DNA from: the human T2T-CHM13v2.0 reference genome, Homo sapiens
Direction: 5' to 3' (one strand)
Assembly: GCF_009914755.1 (NCBI RefSeq)
Contig: NC_060944.1
Length of the DNA stretch: 64,000 nucleotides
In this document: positions 13,501 through 27,595 of the stretch, in pieces
Layout: every line of letters begins with the position of its first letter
Numbering within the stretch: the first letter of the stretch is position 1
Program-made: the position numbers and the translations under genes
Notes under the pieces: model-generated
Told to the model about the DNA's origin: nothing
Seen by the model: the letters and a program-made list of their open reading frames with translations, nothing else
Databases searched by the model: none

Positions 13501-16500
13501 TGATTTGTGTACTCAACTCACAGAGTTAAACCTTTCCTTTGATACAGCAGTTTGGAAACACTCTTCTTGTAGAATTTACAAGCGGATATAAGGACAGCAG
13601 TGAGGATTTCATCGGAAACGGAATATCTTCACATAAAAGTAGACAGAAGCATTCTCAGAAAGTTCTTTGTAATGTGTGCATTCAACTCACAGAGTTGAAA
13701 CTTTCTTTTGGTAGAGCAGATTGGAATCCCTCTTTTTGTAGAATTTGCAAGTAGATATCTGGACAGCTTTGAGGCCTTCCCTGGAAACGAGTGTATGTTC
13801 ACATAACCACTAGACAGAAGCATCCTCAGAAACGTGTTGGTGATGCTTGCATTCAACTCACAGAATTGAACATTTCTTTTCCTAGAGCAGTTTTGAAACA
13901 CTCTTTTTGTAGTATCTAGAAGTGGACATTTGGAGCACTTTGAGGCCTAGTGTGAAAAAGGAAATATCTTCACATAAAAACTAGACAGAAGCATTCTCTG
14001 AAACTTCTTTGTGATGTGTGTACTCAACTCACAGAGTTGAACTTATCTTCTCATAGATCAGATTTGAAACCCTCTTTTTGTAGAGTCTGCAAGTGCATAT
14101 TTGGATAGCTTTGAGGATTTCATTGGAATCGGGAATATCTTCCCATAAAAACTAGAAAGAAGCATTCTCAGAAATTTCTTTGTGATGCTTGCATTCAACT
14201 CACAGAGTTGAACATTCCCTTTCATACAGCAGTTTGGAAACACTCTTTTTGTAGTGTCTGGAAGTGGACCTTTGGAGCGCTTTGAGGCCTACGGTGAAAA
14301 AGGAAATATCCTCACCTAAAAACTAGACAGAAGCATTCTCAGAAACTTCTTTGTGATGTGTGTAGTCAACTCACAGAGTTGAACCTTTCTTTTGATACAG
14401 CAGTTTTGAAACACTCCTTTGTAGAATCTGCAAGTGGTTATTTTGATAGCTTTGAGGCTTTCACTGGATACGGGAATGTCTTCACATAAAAACTAGACAG
14501 CAGCATTCTCAGAAACTTCTTTATGAAGTTTGCATTCAACTCACAGAGTTGAACTTTCCGTTCCATACAGCAGTTTTGAAACTCTCTTTTTCTAGAATCT
14601 GTAAGTGGAAACTTGGAGCGCTTCGAGGCCTATGGTGAAATAGGGAATATCTTCCCATAAAAAGTAGACAGAAGAATTCTCAGTAACTACTTTGTGATGT
14701 GTGTACTCAACTCACGGAGTTGAACTTTTCTTTTGAAAGAGAAGTTTTGAAACACCCTTTTTGTAGAATCTGCAAATGGGTATGTAGCCTGCTTTGAGGC
14801 CTTCATTGGAAACGGGAATATCTTCACATAAAACTAGACAGAAGCATTCTCAGAAACTTCGTTGTGATGTGTGCATTCAACTCCCAGAGTTGAACCTCTC
14901 TTTTGATAGAGCAGTTCTGAAACAATCTTTTTGTGGTATCCGGAAGTGGACTTTGGGAGCGATTTGAGGCCTATGGTGAAAAAGGCAATATCTTCACCTA
15001 AAAACTAGACAGAAGCATCCTCAGAAACTGCTTTGTGATATGTGTAGTCAACTCACGGAGTTGAAACTTTGTTTTGATGCAGCAGTTTTGAGACACTCTT
15101 TTGTTAGAATCTTCAAGTGGATATTTGGATAGCTTTGAGGCTTTCAATGGAAACGGGAATATCTACACATAAGAACTAGACAGAAGCATTCTCAGAAAGT
15201 TCTTTATGAAGTTCGCATTCAACTCACAGAGTTGTACCTTCCTTTTCACACAGCAGTTTTGAGACATTCTTTTTGTAGATTCTGCAAGTGGACATTTGGA
15301 GTGATTTGAGACATAGGGTGAAAAAGGAATATCTTCTCATAAAAAGTAGACAGAAGCATTCTCAGAAACGAGTTTCTGATTTGTGTACTCAACTCACAGA
15401 GTTAAACCTTTCCTATGATACAGCAGTTTGGAAACACTCTTCTTGTAGAATTTACAAGCGGATATAAGGACAGCAGTGAGGATTTCATCGGAAACGGAAT
15501 ATCTTCACAGAAAAGTAGACAGAAGCATTCTCAGAAAGTTCTGTGTAATGGGTGCATTCAACTCACAGAGTTGAAACTTTCTTTTGATAGAGCAGATTGG
15601 AATCCCTCTTTTTGTAGAATTTGCAAGTGGATATCTAGACAGCTTTGAGGCCTTCCCTGGAAACGAGTGTATCTTCACATAAACACTAGACAGAAGCATC
15701 CTCAGAAACTTGTTGGTGATGCTTGCATTCAACTCACAGAATTGAACATTTCTTTCCCTAGAGCAGTTTTGAAACACTCTTTTTGTAGTATCTGGAAGTG
15801 GACATTTGGAGCACTTTGAGGCCTAGGGTGAAAAAGGAAATAGCTTCACATAAAAACTAGACAGAAGCATTCTCTGAAACTTCTTTGTGATGTGTGTACT
15901 CAACTCACAGAGTTGAACTTATCTTCTCATAGATCAGATTTGAAACCCTCTTTTTGTAGAGTCTGCAAGTGCATATTTGGATAGCTTTGAGGATTTCATT
16001 GGAATCCGGAATATCTTCCCATAAAAACTAGAAAGAAGCATTCTCAGAAATTTCTTTGTGATGCTTGCATTCAACTCACAGAGTTGAACATTCCCTTTCA
16101 TACAGCAGTTTGGAAACACTCTTTTTGTAGTGTCTGGAAGTGGACCATTGGAGCGCTTTGAGGCCTAGGGTGAAAAAGGAAATATCCTCACCTAAAAACT
16201 AGACAGAAGCATTCTCAGAAACTTCTTTGTGGTGTGTGTAGGCAACTCACAGAGTTGAACCTTTCTTTTGATACAGCAGTTTTGAAACACTCTTTTTGTA
16301 GAATCTGCAAGTGGTTATTTTGATAGCTTTGAGGCTTTCACTGGAAACGGGAATGTCTTCACATAAAAACTAGACAGAAGCATTCTCAGAAACTTCTTTA
16401 TGAAGTTTGCATTCAACTCACAGAGTTGAACTTTCCGTTCCATACAGCAGTTTTGAAACTCTCTTTTTCTAGAATCTGTAAGTGGAAACTTGGAGCGCTT

Positions 16501-16889
16501 CGAGGCCTATGGTGAAAAAGGGAATATCTTCCCCTAAAAAGTAGACAGAAGAATTCTCAGTAACTACTTTGTGATGTGTGTACTCAACTCACGGAGTTGA
16601 ACTTTTCTTTTGAAAGAGAAGTTTTGAAACACCCTTTTTGTAGAATCTGCAAATGGGTATGTAGCCTGCTTTGAGGCCTTCATTGGAAACGGGAATATCT
16701 TCACATAAAACTAGACAGAAGCATTCTCAGAAACTTCGTTGTGATGTGTGCATTCAACTCCCAGAGTTGAACCTCTCTTTTGATAGAGCAGTTCTGAAAC
16801 AATCTTTTTGTGGTATCCGGAAGTGGACGTTTGGAGCGATTTGAGGCCTATGGAGAAAAAGGCAATATCTTCACCTAAAAACTAGACAG
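7508..16889 (+). repeat. Multi-HOR block copy 1 (HOR variants P-Q-R-S-T)
   Basis: Private SNV sets (P: GAGGTCTTCC, GGATACCTTT, CCGGAACTGG; Q: TTTACAGGCGG, TTCCGTGG; R: GAAAATTCC; S: TTTGGTAGAG, CAAGTAGAT; T: CACAGAAAAG, AATGGGTGC, GAATCCGG) recur in the same order ~15.0 kb downstream. Confidence 0.88.
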
Positions 16890-18766
16890 AAGCATCCTCA
16901 GAAACTGCTTTGTGATATGTGTAGTCAACTCACGGAGTTGAAACTTGGTTTTGATGCAGCAGTTTTGAGACACTCTTTTGTTAGAATCTTCAAGTGGATA
17001 TTTGGATAGCTTTGAGGCTTTCATTGGAAACGGGAATATCTACAGATAAGAACTAGACAGAAGCATTCTCAGAAAGTTCTTTATGAAGTTCGCATTCAAC
17101 TCACAGAGTTGTACCTTCCTTTTCACACAGCAGTTTCGAGACATTCTTTTTGTAGATTCTGCAAGTGGACATTTGGAGTGATTTGAGACATAGGGTGAAA
17201 AAGGAATATCTTCTCATAAAAAGTAGACAGAAGCATTCTCAGAAACGAGTTTCTGATTTGTGTACTCAACTCACAGAGTTAAACCTTTCCTATGATACAG
17301 CAGTTTGGAAACACTCTTCTTGTAGAATTTCCAAGCGGATATAAGGACAGCAGTGAGGATTTCATCGGAAACGGAATATCTTCACATAAAAGTAGACAGA
17401 AGCATTCTCAGAAAGTTCTGTGTAATGTGTGCATTCAACTCACAGAGTTGAAACTTTCTTTTGATAGAGCAGATTGGAATCCCTCTTTTTGTAGAATTTG
17501 CAAGTGGATATCTAGACAGCTTTGAGGCCTTCCCTGGAAACGAGTGTATCTTCACATAAACACTAGACAGAAGCATCCTCAGAAACTTGTTGGTGATGCT
17601 TGCATTCAACTCACAGAATTGAACATTTCTTTTCCTAGAGCAGTTTTGAAACACTCTTTTTGTAGTATCTGGAAGTGGACATTTGGAGCACTTTGAGGCC
17701 TAGGGTGAAAAAGGAAATAGCTTCACATAAAAACTAGACAGAAGCATTCTCTGAAACTTCTTTGTGATGTGTGTACTCAACTCACAGAGTTGAACTTACC
17801 TTCTCATAGATCAGATTTGAAACCCTCTTTTTGTAGAGTCTGCAAGTGCATATTTGGATAGCTTTGAGGATTTCATTGGAATCGGGAATATCTTCCCATA
17901 AAAACTAGAAAGAAGCATTCTCAGAAATTTCTTTGTGATGCTTGCATTCAACTCACAGAGTTGAACATTCCCTTTCATACAGCAGTTTGGAAACACTCTT
18001 TTTGTAGTATCTGGAAGTGGACCTTTGGAGCGCTTTGAGGTCTCGGGTGAAAAAGGAAATATCCTCACCTAAAAACTAGACAGAAGCATTCTCAGAAACT
18101 TCTTTGTGATGTGTGTAGTCAACTCACAGAGTTGAACCTTTCTTTTCATACAGCAGTTTTGAAACACTCTTTTTGTAGAATCTGCAAGTGGTTGTTTTGA
18201 TAGCTTTGAGGCTTTCATTGGAAACGGGAATGTCTTCACATAAAAACTAGACAGAAGCATTCTCAGAAACTTCTTTATGAAGTTTGCATTCAACTCACAG
18301 AGTTGAACTTTCCGTTCCATACAGCAGTTTTGAAACTCTCTTTTTCTAGAATCTGTAAGTGGAAACTTGGAGCGCTTCGAGGCCTATGGTGAAAAAGGGA
18401 ATATCTTCCCATAAAAAGTAGACAGAAGAATTCTCAGTAACTACTTTGTGATGTGTGTACTCAACTCACGGAGTTGAACTTTTCTTTTGAAAGAGAAGTT
18501 TTGAAACACCCTTTTTGTAGAATCTGCAAATGGGTATGTAGCCTGCTTTGAGGCCTTCATTGGAAACGGGAATATCTTCACATAAAACTAGACAGAAGCA
18601 TTCTCAGAAACTTCGTTGTGATGTGTGCATTCAACTCCCAGAGTTGAACCTCTCTTTTGATAGAGCAGTTCTGAAACAATCTTTTTGTGGTATCCGGAAG
18701 TGGACGTTGGGGGCGATTTGAGGCCTATGGTGAAAAAGGCAATATCTTCACCTAAAATCTAGACAG

Positions 18767-21700
18767 AAGCATCCTCAGAAACTGCTTTGTGATATGTGTA
18801 GTCAACTCACGGAGTTGAAACTTGGTTTTGATGCAGCAGTTTTGAGACACTCTTTTGTTAGAATCTTCAATTGGATATTTGGATAGCTTTGAGGCTTTCA
18901 TTGGAAACGGGAATATCTACACATAAGAACTAGACAGAAGCATTCTCAGAAAGTTCTTTATGAAGTTCGCATTCAACTCACAGAGTTGTACCTTGCTTTT
19001 CACACAGCAGTTTTGAGACATTCTTTTTGTAGATTCTGCAAGTGGACATTTGGAGTGATTTGAGACATAGCGTGAAAAAGGAATATCTTCCAATAAAAAG
19101 TAGACAGAAGCATTCTCAGAAACGAGCTTCTGATTTGTGTACTCAACTCACAGAGTTAAACCTTTCCTATGATACAGCAGTTTGGAAACACTCTTCTTGT
19201 AGAATTGACAAGCGGATATAAGGACAGCAGTGAGGATTTCATCGGAAACGGAATATCTTCACATAAAAGTAGACAGAAGCATTCTCAGAAAGTTCTGTGT
19301 AATGTGTGCATTCAACTCACAGAGTTGAAACTTTCTTTTGATAGAGCAGATTGGAATCCCTCTTTTTGTAGAATTTGCAAGTGGATATCTAGACAGCTTT
19401 GAGGTCTTCCCTGGAAACGAGTGTATCTTCACATAAACACTAGACAGAAGCATCCTCAGAAACTTGTTGGTGATGCTTGCATTCAACTCACAGAATTGAA
19501 CATTCCTTTTCCTAGAGCAGTTTTGAAACACTCTTTTTGTAGTATCTGGAAGTGGACATTTGGAGCACTTTGAGGCCTAAGGTGAAAAAGGAAATATCTT
19601 CACATAAAAACTAGAAAGAAGCATTCTCTGAAACTTCTTTGTGATGTGTGTACTCAACTCACAGAGTTGAACTTATCTTCTCATAGATCAGATTTGAAAC
19701 CCTCTTTTTGTAGAGTCTGCAAGTGCATATTTGGATACCTTTGAGGATTTCATTGGAATCGGGAATATCTTCCCATAAAAACTAGAAAGAAGCATTCTCA
19801 GAAATTTCTTTGTGATGCTTGCATTCAACTCACAGAGTTGAACATTCCCTTTCATACAGCAGTTTGGAAACACTCTTTTTGTAGTGTCTGGAAGTGTACA
19901 TTTGGAGCGCTTTGAGGCCTAGGGTGAATAAGGAAATATCCTCACCTAAAAACTAGACAGAAGCATTCTCAGAAACATCTTTGTGGTGTGTGTAGTCAAC
20001 TCACAGAGTTGAACCTTTCTTTTGATACAGCAGTTTTGAAACACTCTTTTTGTAGAATCTGCAAGTGGTTATTTTGATAGCTTTGAGGCTTTCACTGGAA
20101 ACGGGAATGTCTTCACATAAAAACTAGACAGAAGCATTCTCAGAAACTTCTTTATGAAGTTTGCATTCAACTGACAGAGTTGAACTTTCCGTTCCATACA
20201 GCAGTTTTGAAACTCTGTTTTTCTAGAATCTGTAAGTGGAAACTTGGAGTGCTTCGAGGCCTATGGTGAAAAAGGGAATATCTTCCCATAAAAAGTAGAC
20301 AGAAGAATTCTCAGTAACTACTTTGTGATGTGTGTACTCAACTCACGGAGTTGAACTTTTCTTTTGAAAGAGAAGTTTTGAAACACCCTTTTTGTAGAAT
20401 CTGCAAATGGGTATGTAGCCTGCTTTGAGGCCTTCATTGGAAACGGGAATATCTTCACATAAAACTAGACAGAAGCATTCTCAGAAACTTCGTTGTGATG
20501 TGTGCATTCAACTCCCAGAGTTGAACCTCTCTTTTGATAGAGCAGTTCTGAAACAATCTTTTTGTGGTATCCGGAACTGGACGTTTGGAGCGATTCGAGG
20601 CCTATGGTGAAAAAGGCAATATCTTCACCTAAAAACTAGACAGAAGCATCCTCAGAAACTGCTTTGTGATATGTGTAGTCAACTCACGGAGTTGAAACTT
20701 TGTTTTGATGCAGCAGTTTTGAGACACTCTTTTGTCAGAATCTTCAAGTGGATATTTGGATAGCTTTGAGGCTTTCATTGGAAACGGGAATATCTACACA
20801 TAAGAACTAGACAGAAGCATTCTCAGAAAGTTCTTTATGAAGTTCGCATTCAACTCACAGAGTTGTACCTTCCTTTTCACACAGCAGTTTTGAGACATTC
20901 TTTTTGTAAATTCTGCAAGTGGACATTTGGAGTGATTTGAGACATAGGGTGAAAAAGGAATATCTTCTCATAAAAAGTAGACAGAAGCATTCTCAGAAAC
21001 GAGTTTCTGATTTGTGTACTCAACTCACAGAGTTAAACCTTTCCTATGATACAGCAGTTTGGAAACACTCTTCTTGTAGAATTTACAGGCGGATATAAGG
21101 ACAGCAGTGAGGATTTCATCGGAAACGGAATATCTTCACATAAAAGTAGACAGAAGCATTCTCAGAAAGTTCTTTGTAATGTGTGCATTCAACTCACAGA
21201 GTTGAAATTTTCTTTTGATAGAGCAGATTGGAAGCCCTCTTTTTGTAGAATTTGCAAGTGGATATCTGGACAGCTTTGAGGCCTTCCGTGGAAACGAGTG
21301 TATCTTCACATAAACACTAGACAGAAGCATCCTCAGAAACTTGTTGGTGATGCTTGCATTCAACTCACAGAATTGAACATTTCTTTTCCTAGAGCAGTTT
21401 TGAAACACTCTTTTTGTAGTATCTGGAAGTGGACATTTGGAGCACTTTGAGGCCTAGGGTGAAAAAGGAAATATCTTCACATAAAAACTAGACAGAAGCA
21501 TTCTCTGAAACGTTTTGTGATGTGTGTACTCAACTCACAGAGTTGAACTTATCTTCTCATAGATCAGATTTGAAACCCTCTTTTTGTAGAGTCTGCAAGT
21601 GCATATTTGGATAGCTTTGAGGATTTCATTGGAAACGGGAATATCTTCCCATAAAAACTAGAAAGAAGCATTCTCAGAAATTTCTTTGTGATGCTTGCAT

Positions 21701-24700
21701 TCAACTCACAGAGTTGAACATTCCCTTTCATACAGCAGTTTGGAAACACTCTTTTTGTAGTATCTGGAAGTGGACCTTTGGAGCGCTTTGAGGTCTAGGG
21801 TGAAAAAGGAAATATCCTCACCTAAAAACTAGACAGAAGCATTCTCAGAAACTTCTTTGTGATGTGTGTAGTCAACTCACAGAGTTGAACCTTTCTTTTG
21901 ATACAGCAGTTTTGAAACACTCTTTTTGTAGAATCTGCAAGTGGTTATTTTGATAGCTTTGAGGCTTTCACTGGAAACGGGAATGTCTTCACATAAAAAC
22001 TAGACAGAAGCATTCTCAGAAACTTCTTTATGAAGTTTGCATTCAACTGACAGAGTTGAACTTTCCGTTCCATACAGTAGTTTTGAAACTCTCTTTTTCT
22101 AGAATCTGTAAGTGGAAACTTGGAGCGCTTCGAGGCCTATGGTGAAAAAGGGAATATCTTCCCCTAAAAAGTAGACAGAAGAATTCTCAGTAACTACTTT
22201 GTGATGTGTGTACTCAACTCACGGAGTTGAACTTTTCTTTTGAAAGAGAAGTTTTGAAACACCCTTTTTGTAGAATCTGCAAATGGGTATGTAGTCTGCT
22301 TTGAGGCCTTCATTGGAAACGGGAATATCTTCACATAAAACTAGACAGAAGCATTCTCAGAAACTTCGTTGTGATGTGTGCATTCAACTCCCAGAGTTGA
22401 ACCTCTCTTTTGATAGAGCAGTTCTGAAACAATCTTTTTGTGGTATCCGGAAGTGGACGTTGGGAGCGATTTGAGGTCTATGGTGAAAAAGGCAATATCT
22501 TCACCTAAAAACTAGACAGATGCATCCTCAGAAACTGCTTTGTGATATGTGTAGTCAACTCACGGAGTTGAAACTTGGTTTTGATGCAGCAGTTTTGAGA
22601 CACTCTTTTGTTAGAATCTTCAATTGGATATTTGGATAGCTTTGAGGCTTTCATTGGAAACGGGAATATCTACACATAAGAACTAGACAGAAGCATTCTC
22701 AGAAAGTTCTTTATGAAGTTCGCATTCAACTCACAGAGTTGTACCTTGCTTTTCACACAGCAGTTTTGAGACATTCTTTTTGTAGATTCTGCAAGTGGAC
22801 ATTTGGAGTGATTTGAGACATAGCGTGAAAAAGGAATATCTTCCAATAAAAAGTAGACAGAAGCATTCTCAGAAACGAGCTTCTGATTTGTGTACTCAAC
22901 TCACAGAGTTAAACCTTTCCTATGATACAGCAGTTTGGAAACACTCTTCTTGTAGAATTGACAAGCGGATATAAGGACAGCAGTGAGGATTTCATCGGAA
23001 ACGGAATATCTTCACATAAAAGTAGACAGAAGCATTCTCAGAAAGTTCTGTGTAATGTGTGCATTCAACTCACAGAGTTGAAACTTTCTTTTGATAGAGC
23101 AGATTGGAATCCCTCTTTTTGTAGAATTTGCAAGTGGATATCTAGACAGCTTTGAGGTCTTCCCTGGAAACGAGTGTATCTTCACATAAACACTAGACAG
23201 AAGCATCCTCAGAAACTTGTTGGTGATGCTTGCATTCAACTCACAGAATTGAACATTCCTTTTCCTAGAGCAGTTTTGAAACACTCTTTTTGTAGTATCT
23301 GGAAGTGGACATTTGGAGCACTTTGAGGCCTAAGGTGAAAAAGGAAATATCTTCACATAAAAACTAGAAAGAAGCATTCTCTGAAACTTCTTTGTGATGT
23401 GTGTACTCAACTCACAGAGTTGAACTTATCTTCTCATAGATCAGATTTGAAACCCTCTTTTTGTAGAGTCTGCAAGTGCATATTTGGATACCTTTGAGGA
23501 TTTCGTTGGAATCGGGAATATCTTCCCATAAAAACTAGAAAGAAGCATTCTCAGAAATTTCTTTGTGATGCTTGCATTCAACTCACAGAGTTGAACATTC
23601 CCTTTCATACAGCAGTTTGGAAACACTCTTTTTGTAGTGTCTGGAAGTGGACATTTGGAGCGCTTTGAGGCCTAGGGTGAATAAGGAAATATCCTCACCT
23701 AAAAACTAGACAGAAGCATTCTCAGAAACATCTTTGTGGTGTGTGTAGTCAACTCACAGAGTTGAACCTTTCTTTTGATACAGCAGTTTTGAAACACTCT
23801 TTTTGTAGAATCTGCAAGTGGTTATTTTGATAGCTTTGAGGCTTTCACTGGAAACGGGAATGTCTTCACATAAAAACTAGACAGAAGCATTCTCAGAAAC
23901 TTCTTTATGAAGTTTGCATTCAACTGACAGAGTTGAACTTTCCGTTCCATACAGCAGTTTTGAAACTCTGTTTTTCTAGAATCTGTAAGTGGAAACTTGG
24001 AGTGCTTCGAGGCCTATGGTGAAAAAGGGAATATCTTCCCATAAAAAGTAGACAGAAGAATTCTCAGTAACTACTTTGTGATGTGTGTACTCAACTCACG
24101 GAGTTGAACTTTTCTTTTGAAAGAGAAGTTTTGAAACACCCTTTTTGTAGAATCTGCAAATGGGTATGTAGCCTGCTTTGAGGCCTTCATTGGAAACGGG
24201 AATATCTTCACATAAAACTAGACAGAAGCATTCTCAGAAACTTCGTTGTGATGTGTGCATTCAACTCCCAGAGTTGAACCTCTCTTTTGATAGAGCAGTT
24301 CTGAAACAATCTTTTTGTGGTATCCGGAACTGGACGTTTGGAGCGATTCGAGGCCTATGGTGAAAAAGGCAATATCTTCACCTAAAAACTAGACAGAAGC
24401 ATCCTCAGAAACTGCTTTGTGATATGTGTAGTCAACTCACGGAGTTGAAACTTTGTTTTGATGCAGCAGTTTTGAGACACTCTTTTGTTAGAATCTTCAA
24501 GTGGATATTTGGATAGCTTTGAGGCTTTCATTGGAAACGGGAATATCTACACATAAGAACTAGACAGAAGCATTCTCAGAAAGTTCTTTATGAAGTTCGC
24601 ATTCAACTCACAGAGTTGTACCTTCCTTTTCACACAGCAGTTTTGAGACATTCTTTTTGTAAATTCTGCAAGTGGACATTTGGAGTGATTTGAGACATAG

Positions 24701-26272
24701 GGTGAAAAAGGAATATCTTCTCATAAAAAGTAGACAGAAGCATTCTCAGAAACGAGTTTCTGATTTGTGTACTCAACTCACAGAGTTAAACCTTTCCTAT
24801 GATACAGCAGTTTGGAAACACTCTTCTTGTAGAATTTACAGGCGGATATAAGGACAGCAGTGAGGATTTCATCGGAAACGGAATATCTTCACATAAAAGT
24901 AGACAGAAGCATTCTCAGAAAGTTCTTTGTAATGTGTGCATTCAACTCACAGAGTTGAAATTTTCTTTTGATAGAGCAGATTGGAAGCCCTCTTTTTGTA
25001 GAATTTGCAAGTGGATATCTGGACAGCTTTGAGGCCTTCCGTGGAAACGAGTGTATCTTCACATAAACACTAGACAGAAGCATCCTCAGAAACTTGTTGG
25101 TGATGCTTGCATTCAACTCACAGAATTGAACATTTCTTTTCCTAGAGCAGTTTTGAAACACTCTTTTTGTAGTATCTGGAAGTGGACATTTGGAGCACTT
25201 TGAGGCCTAGGGTGAAAAAGGAAATATCTTCACATAAAAACTAGACAGAAGCATTCTCTGAAACGTTTTGTGATGTGTGTACTCAACTCACAGAGTTGAA
25301 CTTATCTTCTCATAGATCAGATTTGAAACCCTCTTTTTGTAGAGTCTGCAAGTGCATATTTGGATAGCTTTGAGGATTTCATTGGAAACGGGAATATCTT
25401 CCCATAAAAACTAGAAAGAAGCATTCTCAGAAATTTCTTTGTGATGCTTGCATTCAACTCACAGAGTTGAACATTCCCTTTCATACAGCAGTTTGGAAAC
25501 ACTCTTTTTGTAGTATCTGGAAGTGGACCTTTGGAGCGCTTTGAGGTCTAGGGTGAAAAAGGAAATATCCTCACCTAAAAACTAGACAGAAGCATTCTCA
25601 GAAACTTCTTTGTGATGTGTGTAGTCAACTCACAGAATTGAACCTTTCTTTTGATACAGCAGTTTTGAAACACTCTTTTTGTAGAATCTGCAAGTGGTTA
25701 TTTTGATAGCTTTGAGGCTTTCACTGGAAACGGGAATGTCTTCACATAAAAACTAGACAGAAGCATTCTCAGAAACTTCTTTATGAAGTTTGCATTCAAC
25801 TGACAGAGTTGAACTTTCCGTTCCATACAGTAGTTTTGAAACTCTCTTTTTCTAGAATCTGTAAGTGGAAACTTGGAGCGCTTCGAGGCCTATGGTGAAA
25901 AAGGGAATATCTTCCCCTAAAAAGTAGACAGAAGAATTCTCAGTAACTACTTTGTGATGTGTGAACTCAACTCACGGAGTTGAACTTTTCTTTTGAAAGA
26001 GAAGTTTTGAAACACCCTTTTTGTAGAATCTGCAAATGGGTATGTAGTCTGCTTTGAGGCCTTCATTGGAAACGGGAATATCTTCACATAAAACTAGACA
26101 GAAGCATTCTCAGAAACTTCGTTGTGATGTGTGCATTCAACTCCCAGAGTTGAACCTCTCTTTTGATAGAGCAGTTCTGAAACAATCTTTTTGTGGTATC
26201 CGGAAGTGGACGTTGGGAGCGATTTGAGGTCTATGGTGAAAAAGGCAATATCTTCACCTAAAAACTAGACAG
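18767..26272 (+). repeat. Tandem duplication of a 2-HOR (P-Q) unit, period 3753 bp
   Basis: HOR11/13 are P-type and HOR12/14 are Q-type. The two units share alleles absent from HOR5/6: CTAGAAAGAAGCATTCTCTG, GGTGAATAAGG, GACAGATGCATCC. Confidence 0.9.
23501..23517 (+). promoter_or_regulatory. CENP-B box retaining all 9 essential bases (HOR13, m6)
   Basis: TTTCGTTGGAATCGGGA fits NTTCGNNNNANNCGGGN. The ORF track shows the change independently (IFPIPTKSS versus IFPIPMKSS elsewhere). Confidence 0.85.
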
Positions 26273-27595
26273 ATGCATCCTCAGAAACTGCTTTGTGATA
26301 TGTGTAGTCAACTCACGGAGTTGAAACTTGGTTTTGATGCAGCAGTTTTGAGACACTCTTTTGTTAGAATCTTCAATTGGATATTTGGATAGCTTTGAGG
26401 CTTTCATTGGAAACGGGAATATCTACACATAAGAACTAGACAGAAGCATTCTCAGAAAGTTCTTTATGAAGTTCGCATTCAACTCACAGAGTTGTACCTT
26501 CCTTTTCACACAGCAGTTTTGAGACATTCTTTTTGTAGATTCTGCAAGTGGACATTTGGAGTGATTTGAGACATAGGGTGAAAAAGGAATATCTTCTCAT
26601 AAAAAGTAGACAGAAGCATTCTCAGAAACGAGTTTCTGATTTGTGTACTCAACTCACAGAGTTAAACCTTTCCTATGATACACCAGTTTGGAAACACTCT
26701 TCCTGTAGAATTTACAAGCGGATATAAGGACAGCAGTGAGGATTTCATCGGAAACGGAATATCTTCACATAAAAGTAGACAGAAGCATTCTCAGAAAGTT
26801 CTGTGTAATGTGTGCATTCAACTCACAGAGTTGAAACTTTCTTTTGATAGAGCAGATTGGAATCCCTCTTTTTGTAGAATTTGCAAGTGGATATCTAGAC
26901 AGCTTTGAGGCCTTCCCTGGAAACGAGTGTATCTTCACATAAACACTAGACAGAAGCATCCTCAGAAACTTGTTGGTGATGCTTGCATTCAACTCACAGA
27001 ATTGAACATTTCTTTTCCTAGAGCAGTTTTGAAACACTCTTTTTGTAGTATCTGGAAGTGGACATTTGGAGCAATTTGAGGCCTAGGGTGAAAAAGGAAA
27101 TATCTTCACATAAAAACTAGACAGAAGCATTCTCTGAAACTTCTTTGTGATGTGTGCACTCAACTCACAGAGTTGAACTTATCTTCTCATAGATCAGATT
27201 TGAAACCCTCTTTTTGTAGAGTCTGCAAGTGCATATTTGGATAGCTTTGAAGATTTCATTGGAAACGGGAATATCTTCCCATAAAAACTAGAAAGAAGCA
27301 TTCTCAGAAACTTCTTTGTGATGCTTGCATTCAACTCACAGAGTTGAAAATTCCCTTTCACACAGCAGTTTTGAAACACTCTTTTTGTAGTATCTGGAAG
27401 TGGACCTTTGGAGCGCTCTGAGGCCTAGGGTGAAAAAGGAAATATCCTCACTTAAAAACTAGACAGAAGTATTCTCAGAAACTTCTTTGTGATGTGTGTA
27501 GTCAACTCACAGAGTTGAACCTTTCTTTTGATACAGCAGTTTTGAAACACTCTTTTTGTAGAATCTGCAAGTGGTTATTTTGATAGCTTTGAGGC

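Noticed and set aside
4560-14420. Scattered 1-bp indels (e.g. ~4564 GAGGCTAGG, ~7570, ~13058, ~14416)
   Set aside because: These are singletons, mostly in or beside homopolymers, and are indistinguishable from ordinary mutation or sequencing error.
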